From an uncultured Gemmatimonadales bacterium (GTDB lineage: Bacteria; Gemmatimonadota; Gemmatimonadetes; Palauibacterales; Palauibacteraceae), in contig CAWANJ010000002.1 of assembly GCA_963783385.1 (NCBI GenBank), forward strand, positions 32,001 through 96,000: DNA of 64,000 nt, read 5' to 3'. A program made the translations under genes and the position numbers. The first letter of the stretch is position 1. Every line of letters begins with the position of its first letter. Positions 20,465 to 30,369 of this stretch are shown here, piece by piece. The notes under the pieces are model-generated. The model was not told the DNA's origin. It saw only the letters and a list, made by a program, of their open reading frames with translations, and made no database searches.

Positions 20465-21762
20465 ACGAGGCCGAAGCCGCCGAGCACCACGAGCCCCACC
20501 CACGAGAGCGCGATCATGCGCCGCCCGGGGCGATGCTCGGCGGGGAACCCGGGGGAGGTCACGGCCCGCAGGTTGAGGTAGCCGAGCACGGGCGCGGTCA
20601 GGAAGGAGACAATGGTCGCGAAATCGACCATGCCGGTGAGCGAGCGGGCCAGGCCCGCCAGGACGACGAGCACCAGAGAGCCGATCCCGATCATGGCGCC
20701 CCAGTAGACGCGTCCCGCCTCACCGATCTCCCCGGCGGACGCCCGGCGCCCCAGCAGCACCCGCGCCGTCTCCGCGAGGGCCCGCGGAAAGCCGTCCACC
20801 ACGGCCAGCGACGTCGACAGCATCGTGGTCAGGATCGCGGCCAGCACGAACGGGCGCGACCACGCGCCCAGGGTCCGGCCGTACAGGTCCAGGAGCTGGA
20901 GGGAGAACGCGGGCCCGGCGGAGCCGAACGTCTCGCCGCTGCCGTGCATGACGGCCGCACCCAGGGTGAGGAACGCGAAGGCCAGGATCCCCGTCCCCGC
21001 GTAGCCGACCAGGAAGTCGGCTCGCGCCGCGGCCACGGACGTGCGCGCCCGGTCCGCTGCATCCTTGGCCAGAGTCCACAGGGAGGACCACACGGCCACG
21101 TCGATGGCCGAGGGCATCCACCCCACCAGCGCGAGCACGAAGGCGAAGCTCACGGCCCCGCCGGCCGCCGCCCCGTTGTCTCCCACGCTCGGCCACGACG
21201 TCAGGGTGGCGAGGTCCGCCCGGGGGAAGGCGACCGCCGCCGCCAGGAGCGTCGAGAGCGCCAGGGTCACGAGGAGGACCTTCATGGTGCGGTCCAGGAG
21301 GCGGTAGCGACCCGCATACAGGAGGAGCCCGCACGCCAGGTACACGACCCCGCCCGCCACCACCGGGGAGGCGTGCGCGCCCACCACCGACAGGAGGAGG
21401 AAGCCGGTGAGGAGCACGATCGCGGCGTCCACGATGAACGCCGTGGCCAGCGTGAGCCCGAGGTAGAGCCACACCGCCCACCCGCCAATGTGACGATAGC
21501 CTGCCACCAGGCTCTCACCCGTGGCGGCGGCGTAGCGCGGCCCGTACTCGAAGAACGGGTACTTGAGGACCAGGGCCGCGAGGATGACGCCGGCCAGGGC
21601 GAAGCCGGCGTCGGCCCCGGCGCGGGTGGACTGCACCAGGTGCGAGACGCCGATGGCGGTCCCGGCCCAGATGAGGCCGGGACCGAGGGCCCGCCGTAGC
21701 TCGCGCCAGGAGAGGCGCTTCCCGCGGGCGGCGGTTTCCGCGTCCGCGGCCGGACGCGCCAC
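20437..21762 (-). CDS. Nramp-like divalent metal / solute transporter
   Basis: LGPGLIWAGTAIGVSHLVQSTRAGA, KYPFFE, GWMP; many TM segments; start approximate. Confidence 0.85.
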   Translation of the reverse strand: MARPAADAETAARGKRLSWRELRRALGPGLIWAGTAIGVSHLVQSTRAGADAGFALAGVILAALVLKYPFFEYGPRYAAATGESLVAGYRHIGGWAVWLYLGLTLATAFIVDAAIVLLTGFLLLSVVGAHASPVVAGGVVYLACGLLLYAGRYRLLDRTMKVLLVTLALSTLLAAAVAFPRADLATLTSWPSVGDNGAAAGGAVSFAFVLALVGWMPSAIDVAVWSSLWTLAKDAADRARTSVAAARADFLVGYAGTGILAFAFLTLGAAVMHGSGETFGSAGPAFSLQLLDLYGRTLGAWSRPFVLAAILTTMLSTSLAVVDGFPRALAETARVLLGRRASAGEIGEAGRVYWGAMIGIGSLVLVVLAGLARSLTGMVDFATIVSFLTAPVLGYLNLRAVTSPGFPAEHRPGRRMIALSWVGLVVLGGFGLVYLWWRLLG

Positions 21763-21773
21763 GTCCGGGTCGA

Positions 21774-22865
21774 TCAGGGCTCGAGCACGAGGACGGCGAA
21801 TGACCCCGGTACGGGCCGCGGGCGCGGGTGCGGACGATCGGCCGTGGGCGCCGGCGCCGGCCCGAACTCCATGCTGACCGTGTAGAGACGGTGCGTGCGC
21901 TCGTCCAACCCCATGGTACGCGCGCCACGCTCCGTCGGGACGTTGGCCACCACCGAGAAGTGCTCCGGATCCTCCTCCCGGACGACGGTGATCGTGCCTG
22001 CCCCCGCCGACGCGAAGGCGAGTCCCGTACCCGGGTCGAAACGGGTGGCGTCCACTCCGTCCCCGACCGGCAGCGTGGCGACGACCTTCCCGGTCCGGGC
22101 ATCCACGACCGCCATCATGGCGTTGCCGCACCCCACGAACAGGCGGGCGTGGGCCCGGTCGATGGCCAGGCCCGTCGGCTCCTCGCAGGGCGCCAGCGGC
22201 CAGCTCGCCTCGACCTCCAGGCTCTGCGGGTCGATCTCGACGATCTGGCTGCTGTCCTCGACGTTGGCGTACAGGTGCCCGGCATGGTCAGAGACCGCGA
22301 ATTCGAGCGTGCCGCCGACGGGGATCGTACCGACCACCGAGTCGCCAGCCGCGTCGATCGCGGTGACGTTGCCGCGCGAATGATTGAAGGTGAACACCCG
22401 CCGCGTATATGGATCGTAGAGGATCGCGTCCGGGTTGCGGCCGGTGGCCTGGATCGTGGCGATCGGCTTCAGGGTCTCGAGGTCGACCACGGTCACCGTG
22501 GAATCACGCCCGTTGCTCGTGTAGCCGCGCCCGAGCTCGTCGGCGAGGGCGATCCCGTGGACGCCGGGCGTGCCGGGGACTTCCCCCGTGATGGAATCGG
22601 AGGCCAGGTCGAGGACCTGGACGTGCGTTCCGTGCGAGATGAACAGGCGGCCGCGGGCCGTGTCCACGGTGAGGTAGTCCCAGAAGCCGTCGGGTCCTCC
22701 GACCGGGATGCGCTTCACCACGTGGTATTGGGGCCCGGCGGCCTGTGCGCGGACCGGCCCCGGATGGATGGCCGACAGGGCCATCAGGAGGAGCCCGGAA
22801 AGCAGGGGGGTAGCGCGCCAGATCGGAGCGCGAGGGGTGAGGGAGGCCACGCTGTCCATGTCCAT
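21774..22865 (-). CDS. YncE/YVTN family beta-propeller protein
   Basis: WDYLTVD, GVHGIA, NPDAILYD, CEEPTGLAID, GARTM. Confidence 0.87.
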   Translation of the reverse strand: MDMDSVASLTPRAPIWRATPLLSGLLLMALSAIHPGPVRAQAAGPQYHVVKRIPVGGPDGFWDYLTVDTARGRLFISHGTHVQVLDLASDSITGEVPGTPGVHGIALADELGRGYTSNGRDSTVTVVDLETLKPIATIQATGRNPDAILYDPYTRRVFTFNHSRGNVTAIDAAGDSVVGTIPVGGTLEFAVSDHAGHLYANVEDSSQIVEIDPQSLEVEASWPLAPCEEPTGLAIDRAHARLFVGCGNAMMAVVDARTGKVVATLPVGDGVDATRFDPGTGLAFASAGAGTITVVREEDPEHFSVVANVPTERGARTMGLDERTHRLYTVSMEFGPAPAPTADRPHPRPRPVPGSFAVLVLEP

Positions 22866-22970
22866 CGGATGTCTCCGGATCACGGGTGGCGGCCGATGCC
22901 GGCCGCGGCGGCTCATACGATGGGAAAGAGTGGGAGCGCTCCGCCAGCGGAGAGCCGTCGTGCCCGCGGA

Positions 22971-23372
22971 TCAGGCGGAGTCGTCGCTCGACGCGGCCGT
23001 GCCGTCGGAGGCGCGGATCGGGACCTCCTCCACCAGCCCGACGTAGTTTCCCTCCGGATCCGCGAGCCACGCGAACCTGCCCTCGCCCTCCGGAAGGGCG
23101 GTGGCCGGCACCACGACCCGCCCACCCAGCGACTCCGCCCGCTCGCAGGCGGCCTCGAGGTCGTCGACTTCGACGTACAGCATCACGTACCGCCCGGGCT
23201 CGTGTCCCAGGGCCGTGATGTGTCCGTCAATGCCGCGTCCGGCGCAGGTCGTCATCCGAACGGAAGACGAACCGTAGGGGCGGCTCTTCCAGCCGAACAG
23301 GAGGCCGTAGAAGGTCTCGGCTCGCTCGCGGTCCTCGCAGCCGATCTCGAAGTGCACGACGGGACTCCCCAT
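22971..23372 (-). CDS. VOC/glyoxalase family protein
   Basis: PVVHFEI...FYG.LFGW, YVEVDD, DPEGN. Confidence 0.9.
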   Translation of the reverse strand: MGSPVVHFEIGCEDRERAETFYGLLFGWKSRPYGSSSVRMTTCAGRGIDGHITALGHEPGRYVMLYVEVDDLEAACERAESLGGRVVVPATALPEGEGRFAWLADPEGNYVGLVEEVPIRASDGTAASSDDSA

Positions 23373-23538
23373 GCCGGCCTCCGGCCTCGCGTGATCCAGC
23401 GTTCGTCCGCTCGCGGCCCGTGGGCCGGGAGCGAGCTCGGGGTGGCGGCGGGCCCGCCGCGCGGGGCGGGGGCCGGGTAACTCCGCCAATGTAGCGCGGC
23501 GGGCGCCGCGTTCGCACGACCTGAATGCCGCGTCCTCC

Positions 23539-23559
23539 GCGGGGACCGGCGGTCCCCGC
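23539..23559 (-). terminator. hairpin directly after the serine hydrolase stop
   Basis: gcggggacc-ggc-ggtccccgc perfect 9 bp stem; no U tract. Confidence 0.45.
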
Positions 23560-23560
23560 C

Positions 23561-24946
23561 TCAGTGGACCCGGCGCGCCCGGTCCGGGGAGCCGAGGGTG
23601 CGGAGCACCCGGACCCAGGCAATGGCCTTGGTGGTCGGGTCGCGCTCGAACCACAGCCGTCGCTCGGTGCCGGAGACGAAGAAGGAGTCGGGCGCCGACG
23701 GCCGGAACTCCAGCGTAGTCCCGCCCGGCGTCTTCAGGTGCAGGGCGCCGTCCGAGGCCGTGAGGCGAAGCGTGTCCCCCTCCGGGAAGCGGTACAGGCC
23801 GGCGCAGGCCGCGATCTCGGCCGGAGGCAGCCGGACGGAGCTCGGCTCCGGCGGCCGCAGGGCGGGGTCGTACAGCCACGCCACCTGGTGGGCGATGTGG
23901 GGCGTGGCCGCGCCGGCGAGGTTGGTGAGCACCGCCACCGTCACCGAGTCGTCCACGTAGCGGACGATGTGGGTGCTGAACCCCTGCCAGCCGCCGGCGT
24001 GCTCTACGACCCAGTGGCCGGGCGTCCCGTGCACCTCCCAGCCGAACCCGTAGCTGGTGGTCGTGCCGTCGGCGAGGCGCACGGGGGTCCACATCTCCCG
24101 CTTCTCGTCCGATGTGAGAAACGCGTCCCCCGACAGCGCCGCGTCCCAGCGCGCCAGGTCCAGGACCGTGAAGTAGAGGGCCCCGTCGGCGGTGTGCTCC
24201 CAGGTGGGCGACACCCACGCCTGGTTGGCAAGCTGGCCGTCGTCGAGGACGTAGCCGGAGGCCCGGTTCGGGATGATGTCGGGGAGCCCGATCATGCGGG
24301 CCGTCTTCATGCCCAGCGGCGCGAACACCCGGTCGTGCAGGAAGCGGTTCCAGTGGGCGCCGGTCACCCGGTCGATGATGATGCCGAGGAGGACGTAGCC
24401 CGTGTTGCTGTAGCTCCACGTGGTGTCCGGCCGGAAGATGAGCGGCAGCCGCGCGAACAGGCGCGCGAGCTCCGCGTCCGTGTAGTCGCGCCGCAGGTCC
24501 ACGATCGGGGGATCGGCGTTCTCGTAGTCCTGGATCCCGGACGTGTGGGTGAGGAGGTTCCGGATCGTGATCCCCTTCCACGCCTCGGCCCCCTCGGGCA
24601 GGTACTTCGTGATCGGGTCGTCCAGCGCCAGCTTCCCGTCACGAGCCAGGAGGAGGACCATGGCCGAGGTGAACTGCTTCCCGACCGAGCCGGACTGGAA
24701 GATCGTGTTGGGCTTCACCGGGACGTCCAGCTCCACGTCCGCGAGGCCGTAACCCTTCGCCTTCACGATCCGCCCCGCCCGGTAGATCCCGAGGGCGAGG
24801 CCCGGGATGTGGTGGGCGTGCATGTACGCTTCGACCCAGGCGTCGATCGTATCGGAGGCGACCGATGGGGGCGGGGTGGCGGAGAGCGGCGTGGCCAGGA
24901 CCAGCAGGGCGAGCGCGGCCGGCACGTGCAGGCGCCTGTGCGCCAT
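23561..24946 (-). CDS. exported serine hydrolase (beta-lactamase-related / S12 peptidase)
   Basis: SVGK (SxxK), LLTHTSG, YSN, HAGG; signal peptide. Confidence 0.9.
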   Translation of the reverse strand: MAHRRLHVPAALALLVLATPLSATPPPSVASDTIDAWVEAYMHAHHIPGLALGIYRAGRIVKAKGYGLADVELDVPVKPNTIFQSGSVGKQFTSAMVLLLARDGKLALDDPITKYLPEGAEAWKGITIRNLLTHTSGIQDYENADPPIVDLRRDYTDAELARLFARLPLIFRPDTTWSYSNTGYVLLGIIIDRVTGAHWNRFLHDRVFAPLGMKTARMIGLPDIIPNRASGYVLDDGQLANQAWVSPTWEHTADGALYFTVLDLARWDAALSGDAFLTSDEKREMWTPVRLADGTTTSYGFGWEVHGTPGHWVVEHAGGWQGFSTHIVRYVDDSVTVAVLTNLAGAATPHIAHQVAWLYDPALRPPEPSSVRLPPAEIAACAGLYRFPEGDTLRLTASDGALHLKTPGGTTLEFRPSAPDSFFVSGTERRLWFERDPTTKAIAWVRVLRTLGSPDRARRVH

Positions 24947-25236
24947 GGGCTTCTCCCTTCGAACGTGAACGGTGCGTGGACGCGCCGGCATGTCCCGGCT
25001 CGCCGCTCCTGGCAATGTCGAGGGGAGAGCCGGATCTGCCAACCCCCGGTGCCGATGGGCGAAAGCCCGGCGGCGGCGTGGCCCGGCGGGCGCCGGCGGA
25101 GCGAACTCCATTGCCGGCCTCGTGCCGCCCGGCCATGTTGGGCTCCGACCCGGTGCGACCCAGACGCGGACGGCCCGGCGCCTCGCGCCCGCTCCGCCCG
25201 CCGCGGCTCCCGCAGCTCTCGAGACAGAGGCTCCGC

Positions 25237-27600
25237 ATGCGCCAGCGCACGCTCCCGCTCGCTCTCCTGGCCCTGACCGCCCTCCCGCTGGCGGCGCGTC
25301 CCGCCCGCGGCCAGGCGCCCGTCCCGTACGCGCCCGACTCGGTCACGGCCGCCCGGTATGCGCATGCCGAGCGCTTCCTGCGCGCGGCCACGGCGCCCCT
25401 CGTGCTCCACGCGGACGTCAGGCCCACCTGGCTGCCGGACGGACGCTTGTGGTACCGGGTGCGGACGGCACGCGGGTTCGAGTTCGTCGTCGTCGACCCC
25501 GCGCGTCAGAAGAAGAGCTCCGCCTTCGACCAGGAGAAGGTGGCCGCGGCGCTGTCGGCGGCGGCGGACACGACGTACGACGCCTGGCACCTCCCCTTCC
25601 GGTCCTTCGAGTACGCGCGCGGCGGCAAGGCCATCACCCTCGAGGCGGGCGGGAAGGTCTACACGTGCGACGTCGGCGGAGCGAAGTGCACGGCCGGGAA
25701 CGCGGCGTCGGAAGGACCGGGCCGCGACGTGGTCGTCTCCCCCGACGGGAAGCTCGGGGCCTTCCTCAAGGACTGGAACCTGTGGGTGCGCGACCTGGCC
25801 ACCGGGAAGGAGACGCAGCTCACCACCGACGGGGTGAAGGATTTCGGCTACGCCACCAACAACGCCGGCTGGATCCGCTCCGACCGGCCCGTGATCCTGT
25901 GGTCCCCGGACTCGAAGCGGATCGCAACCTTCCAGCAGGACCAGCGCGGCGTCGGCGAGATGTACCTGGTCCACACGAAGATCGGCCACCCGACGCTGGA
26001 CGCGTGGAAGTACCCGCTGCCGGGCGACAGCGTGATCACCACCATCCAGCGCGTCGTGGTCGACCTGGACGCCGCGGGCGGCCCGAAGGTCGTGCGGCTC
26101 GACATGCCCCCCGACCAGCACCGCTCCGGCGTGTGCGACCACGTGGCGTGCGGGCGTGGGAACCCGGCCGGCGACTTCGCCGACGTGCAGTGGAGCCCGG
26201 ACGGCTCGCGGCTGTTCTTCGTGTCGACCTCCCGCGACCACCGGCACGAGACCCTGCGCGAGGCGGACCTTGAGACGGGAAAGGTGCGGGACATCCTGTC
26301 CGAGAGCGCGAAGGACTTCCTCGAGACCGGCTACAACCAGACCGACTGGCGGGTGCTCCCCTCGAAGAACCAGGTCATCTGGTACTCGGAGCGGGACGAC
26401 TACGGGCACCTGTACCTGTACGACCTGAGCACGGGGAAGCTGGAGCACCGGATCACCACGGGGCCGTGGAACGTGCTCCAGGTGCGGCGGGTGGACCCGG
26501 CCAGCGGCACGATCTGGTTCACGGGCGCGGGGCGGGAGCCCGGCGACCCCTACTTCCAGCGCTTCTACAGCGTGCGCACGGACGGGAGCCACCTCACCCT
26601 CCTCACCCCCGACAGCGCCGACCACCAGGTCACGATGTCGCCCGACGGGCGCTGGTTCGTGGACCGGGCCTCGACCCCGCAGACGCCGCCCACGACCGTG
26701 CTCCGCGACGCGCGGGGCCGGAAGGCGATGGAGCTCGAGCAGGCCGACATCTCGCGGCTGCTGGCCGCCGGGTGGAAGCCGCCGGCGTCGATCACCGTGA
26801 AGGCGAGGGACGGGAAGACGGAGCTGTACGGGCTCCTGTTCACGCCGACGGACCTCGACTCGACGAAGGCCTACCCGATCGTGAACCACATTTACCCGGG
26901 CCCCCAGACCGGGAGCGTGGGGAGCCGCAGCTTCGAGGCCTCGCGCGGCGACGCGCAGGCGCTGGCCGAGCTCGGCTTCGTGGTGGTCGAGATCGACGCC
27001 CTCGGGACCCCGATGCGCTCCCACTCCTTCCAGGCGGCCTGGTACGGCGACATGGGCGACAACGGGCTCCCCGACCAGGTGGCGGGGATGAAGGAGCTGG
27101 CGGCGCGCCACCCGTGGATCGACCTGTCGCGGGCCGGGATCTACGGGCACTCGGGCGGGGGCTTCGCCACGGCGGACGCCATGTTCCGCTTCCCCGACTT
27201 CTTCCGCGTCGGGATCGCCGAGGCGGGGAACCACGACAACCGCGAGTACGAGGACGACTGGGGCGAGAAGTGGCAGGGCCTGCTGACCACCGGCCCGGAC
27301 GGGAAGACGAGCTACGACAACCAGGCCAACGAGCTCGTGGCCAGGAATCTGAAGGGGAAGCTCCTCCTGGCCTACGGTACCACGGACGACAACGTGCCGC
27401 CCTACAACACGCTGCTCGTCGTGGACTCGCTGATCGCGGCCAACAAGGACTTCGACCTGATCGCGCTCCCCAATCGCCGCCACGGCTTCGGGGCCGAGCC
27501 CTACATGGTCCGCCGCCGGTGGGACTACTTCGTCCGGAACCTGCTCGGCGCCGAGCCCCCGCACGAGTTCCGGATCGGGGAGGGCGGCGACGGGGAGTAG
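25237..27600 (+). CDS. S9B dipeptidyl-peptidase IV-like peptidase
   Basis: DPPIV_N propeller, YPGPQ, GHSGGG nucleophile, DDNV, RRHG; signal peptide. Confidence 0.93.
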   Translation: MRQRTLPLALLALTALPLAARPARGQAPVPYAPDSVTAARYAHAERFLRAATAPLVLHADVRPTWLPDGRLWYRVRTARGFEFVVVDPARQKKSSAFDQEKVAAALSAAADTTYDAWHLPFRSFEYARGGKAITLEAGGKVYTCDVGGAKCTAGNAASEGPGRDVVVSPDGKLGAFLKDWNLWVRDLATGKETQLTTDGVKDFGYATNNAGWIRSDRPVILWSPDSKRIATFQQDQRGVGEMYLVHTKIGHPTLDAWKYPLPGDSVITTIQRVVVDLDAAGGPKVVRLDMPPDQHRSGVCDHVACGRGNPAGDFADVQWSPDGSRLFFVSTSRDHRHETLREADLETGKVRDILSESAKDFLETGYNQTDWRVLPSKNQVIWYSERDDYGHLYLYDLSTGKLEHRITTGPWNVLQVRRVDPASGTIWFTGAGREPGDPYFQRFYSVRTDGSHLTLLTPDSADHQVTMSPDGRWFVDRASTPQTPPTTVLRDARGRKAMELEQADISRLLAAGWKPPASITVKARDGKTELYGLLFTPTDLDSTKAYPIVNHIYPGPQTGSVGSRSFEASRGDAQALAELGFVVVEIDALGTPMRSHSFQAAWYGDMGDNGLPDQVAGMKELAARHPWIDLSRAGIYGHSGGGFATADAMFRFPDFFRVGIAEAGNHDNREYEDDWGEKWQGLLTTGPDGKTSYDNQANELVARNLKGKLLLAYGTTDDNVPPYNTLLVVDSLIAANKDFDLIALPNRRHGFGAEPYMVRRRWDYFVRNLLGAEPPHEFRIGEGGDGE

Positions 27601-27659
27601 GACCCGGTGTCCTGGCCCGCTCGGGTTATGGCCCTCTCAGCCGGGAGGGGAGCCGGTGC

Positions 27660-28233
27660 CTATCTGCTGGGCGAAAAGACGTAGGTGTGCTTCCCATCGC
27701 TCAAATGGAACGCTCCATCACTGACTCGGCCCTCCAGCCATCAACTCGTCGCCGGCAGCGTCGACGAGAACGAGCGTGGTGCCATCCCAATCGTATTGTC
27801 CTGTCGAGCTGACGGCTCGCTGCTGGACCGAGCCTGAGGGATCCTGGAACTGGTTCGTGACGCTCATGGAGAACGCGCCCGTTTGACACTTCGACAGTTG
27901 ATACGTGCTGCCATCGGGCAGCGTCACGAGGCCGGATGTGTCGACATGAGCGCCGTTCGGGACGTGATGAACGCATGCCTTCGGCATCCATCCGTCCGGC
28001 GTAGCCACGCTGTCCTGTGACACGGCCTGGTCGAGCACGAGGGAACCCGCGACGAGTGTCGCGGTGCTGCCGGACGAATCCGTTGTCGTGCAGCATGGCA
28101 AACGACGAGCACCGTCGGCCGTCGTCAGCTCATACCGACCTGAAATGTCCTGGCCAGCGGCTGCTGGATTCGTCACCCCGCAGGCGCTCATTGCGAGTAC
28201 TGACGTAACGACAGCTACGACGGTTGTCTTCAT
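27660..28233 (-). CDS. small lipocalin-like lipoprotein with an inserted propeptide-like module; probable frameshift near 27735
   Basis: lipobox MSAC, GGAGG RBS, DISGRYEL..; the track ORF ends at 27718 but another frame continues GRVSDGAFHLSDGKHTYVFSPSR* to 27660. Confidence 0.75.
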
Positions 28234-28382
28234 AGTATATCCTCCCAGTTGGGATCCTCGCCCGCTGAAGCCACGAGCACTCCGTTTCGTTTCCCAGTCG
28301 CGCGAGATCTAGCGTGTCTCAACTTCCCGGCCGCCGTCCGTGTTCATGCGTAAGCAGTCCTCCGACGAGTCACACAGCTCGG

Positions 28383-29645
28383 CTACTGGCTTGAGCCGCT
28401 TCCGGAGGGCGCGAGCGGGCAACCCGAGCCGATGCAGACTTTGACGTGGTGGCTGGCGGTCGCCGTGTCGGGCGGAGAAACCGCAGTAAGATCCAGTGTG
28501 AAGCTCGTATCGTTAGCGTACACATAGCGTCTGTACGTGCTATCCGAGCCCACGCTCGAGCACGTCCCTCCGTCCGGGCAGAAGTCCCATGCATATGAGT
28601 AGCTCCCCGACCCGCCGCTAGGATTGGCCGACCACGTGTAGTTGCCTGCGGAGCTGATATAGCCGGTACCATTGATCCCAACGCTGAACGAGGGAACGTT
28701 GTGGTAGAGGTTCACCGTCGTGGCGGTATGGGTCGCGCTGAAATCACAGGATGGCGAAAGACCCGATGTTACATGGTTGTACCAGGTCGGAGAAAGACCG
28801 GTACCATTGAGATCCTTGGTCGCAACGCCTGTGTAGAAGACCCCATTCTGCGGAAACTGACTGCATTGCGTCAGGCTGTAGACCTCGACGCCCCCCCCGC
28901 TTGCCCAGGTGTAGTTGTCGTTATCGTCCGCGGTCCAATCGGAGCGCGATCCTGTGATGACATCCACGAGAACGATGGTCCATGTGCAGGTCCCGTTCAC
29001 GCAAGAGCTGGCCTGGACGCTACCATGGATGGAGTCCCCGGTAGTCGCCATGATGGTATCGCCGTGGAGACAGTCCGAGCCCGAGTTGCAGCGCCAAGAG
29101 GCCCCGCTCCAGAAGGAGCCGCCGTAGTCTCCGTTATACCCGTATTGGAGAACCGGTTGGATGATGTAGGAGCTGTTCTCAAGGCCTGGGAAGGTGTAGT
29201 AGACTTCCTGGCCGGAGTATGAGCCGCTGGGCTTTGCCGGCACCTTCCAGTCTGCGGTCAGCGTACCGAACGTATCGGACGAGAGCGTCGCCGAGTCCCA
29301 CTCAAGCCAGCCGTTGAGGGACGGAGAGGCCACTGAATGCGAAGACCCCGCCCATTGCGGTAGGTTCGGGTGCGCTGGATGTGTACACGCGGGAAGTTGG
29401 AACGTCGAACCATCCGAACGTGTGACGCGCCCGTGAAGCCCGACGTGCGCGCCATTGGGAATCTGATGCACGCACGAACGGTCATACAATCCGGCGGGCG
29501 TGGCGACATAAGCGCCCTGACTTTCCATGGCTCCAAGGGACGCCCTAAGCCCCTTCGGTCCGGTGGGGTTCTTCTGATCCGAGCAGGCAACGGCCCCAAG
29601 CATTACGGCGATAACCAGTAGAGCTATGGGAGTTCGACCCTTCAT
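28383..29645 (-). CDS. lipoprotein with a G1 (glutamic) peptidase-like domain and C-terminal PKD/Ig-like domain
   Basis: lipobox AVAC, GGAGG RBS; W.VP, FPGL, IIQPVLQYG, W..ASW, VEVY; C-terminal SGGSGSYSYAW; family call is from motif recall. Confidence 0.65.
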   Translation of the reverse strand: MKGRTPIALLVIAVMLGAVACSDQKNPTGPKGLRASLGAMESQGAYVATPAGLYDRSCVHQIPNGAHVGLHGRVTRSDGSTFQLPACTHPAHPNLPQWAGSSHSVASPSLNGWLEWDSATLSSDTFGTLTADWKVPAKPSGSYSGQEVYYTFPGLENSSYIIQPVLQYGYNGDYGGSFWSGASWRCNSGSDCLHGDTIMATTGDSIHGSVQASSCVNGTCTWTIVLVDVITGSRSDWTADDNDNYTWASGGGVEVYSLTQCSQFPQNGVFYTGVATKDLNGTGLSPTWYNHVTSGLSPSCDFSATHTATTVNLYHNVPSFSVGINGTGYISSAGNYTWSANPSGGSGSYSYAWDFCPDGGTCSSVGSDSTYRRYVYANDTSFTLDLTAVSPPDTATASHHVKVCIGSGCPLAPSGSGSSQ

Positions 29646-29844
29646 GCCTGACCTCCCTCCGTGTTGCAGTCGGTCGCGTGCTGTGCGGCGATGTCGCTGC
29701 TCGTACCTCCTCAGCTTGCCATCGGTCATGCCGTATGTGTAACGTTTGAATTGAAGATTTGTGACAAACCCCGGGATCTGGTGGCGTTCAGATTCGGCGA
29801 AACTGCGTTGCGCTGGACCCCGGGGCAGCGGGAGGCTGGCTGGT

Positions 29845-30369
29845 GTGAACTACCGTGCCGCGTTTGCCCGGTACTACGAACCGCTCGTCCGCTACGCCTA
29901 CACGCTGATCGGAGACTCCGACCGGGCTGAGGATCTGGCCCAAGAAGCCTTTGCCCGACTGCTCGAGCAGGACCTTCCAGAGGCCAGCGTCCAGAGCTGG
30001 CTTTTCCGCGTAATCCGAAATCTCGTCCGAGACGGGACTCGCTCGCGGCGGCGGCGGCAGCGGCTACTCGCCGAGGCACGGCCGTACCACCGCCAAATCG
30101 ACCCTCCTGATGTGGTGCTCGAGCGGAACGAGACCATTGAAAGGGTAAGCCGGGCGCTCTCGAAACTGCCGGAACGCGACCGCACGATGCTCCTCCTCCG
30201 ACACCGGGGCTTCAGCTACGCCGAGATCGCCCAGCGCACAGGAGTAGCGCGAAGCTCGGTGGGGACGCTTCTGGCCCGAGCACTGCGCCGGTTCGAACGT
30301 GCCTATCAGAAGGGGAACGAGGATCGACCCGGCGACGCGGCCTCAAAAGCCGGAGGGAGCGTGGCATGA
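29845..30369 (+). CDS. ECF RNA polymerase sigma factor
   Basis: AEDLAQEAF, SWLFRV.RN, GFSYAEIA...SVGTLLARA; GGGAGG RBS. Confidence 0.93.
   Translation: MNYRAAFARYYEPLVRYAYTLIGDSDRAEDLAQEAFARLLEQDLPEASVQSWLFRVIRNLVRDGTRSRRRRQRLLAEARPYHRQIDPPDVVLERNETIERVSRALSKLPERDRTMLLLRHRGFSYAEIAQRTGVARSSVGTLLARALRRFERAYQKGNEDRPGDAASKAGGSVA

Noticed and set aside
23561-24946. Beta-lactamase resistance gene
   Set aside because: It has the generic SxxK/YxN serine hydrolase pattern with HAG instead of the KTG of class C enzymes, plus an extra C-terminal domain; no mobile context.
18230-27564. Long antisense and alternate-frame ORFs (e.g. 757, 1096 and 933 aa)
   Set aside because: Expected from stop-codon scarcity at very high GC; they have no domain motifs and overlap well-supported genes.
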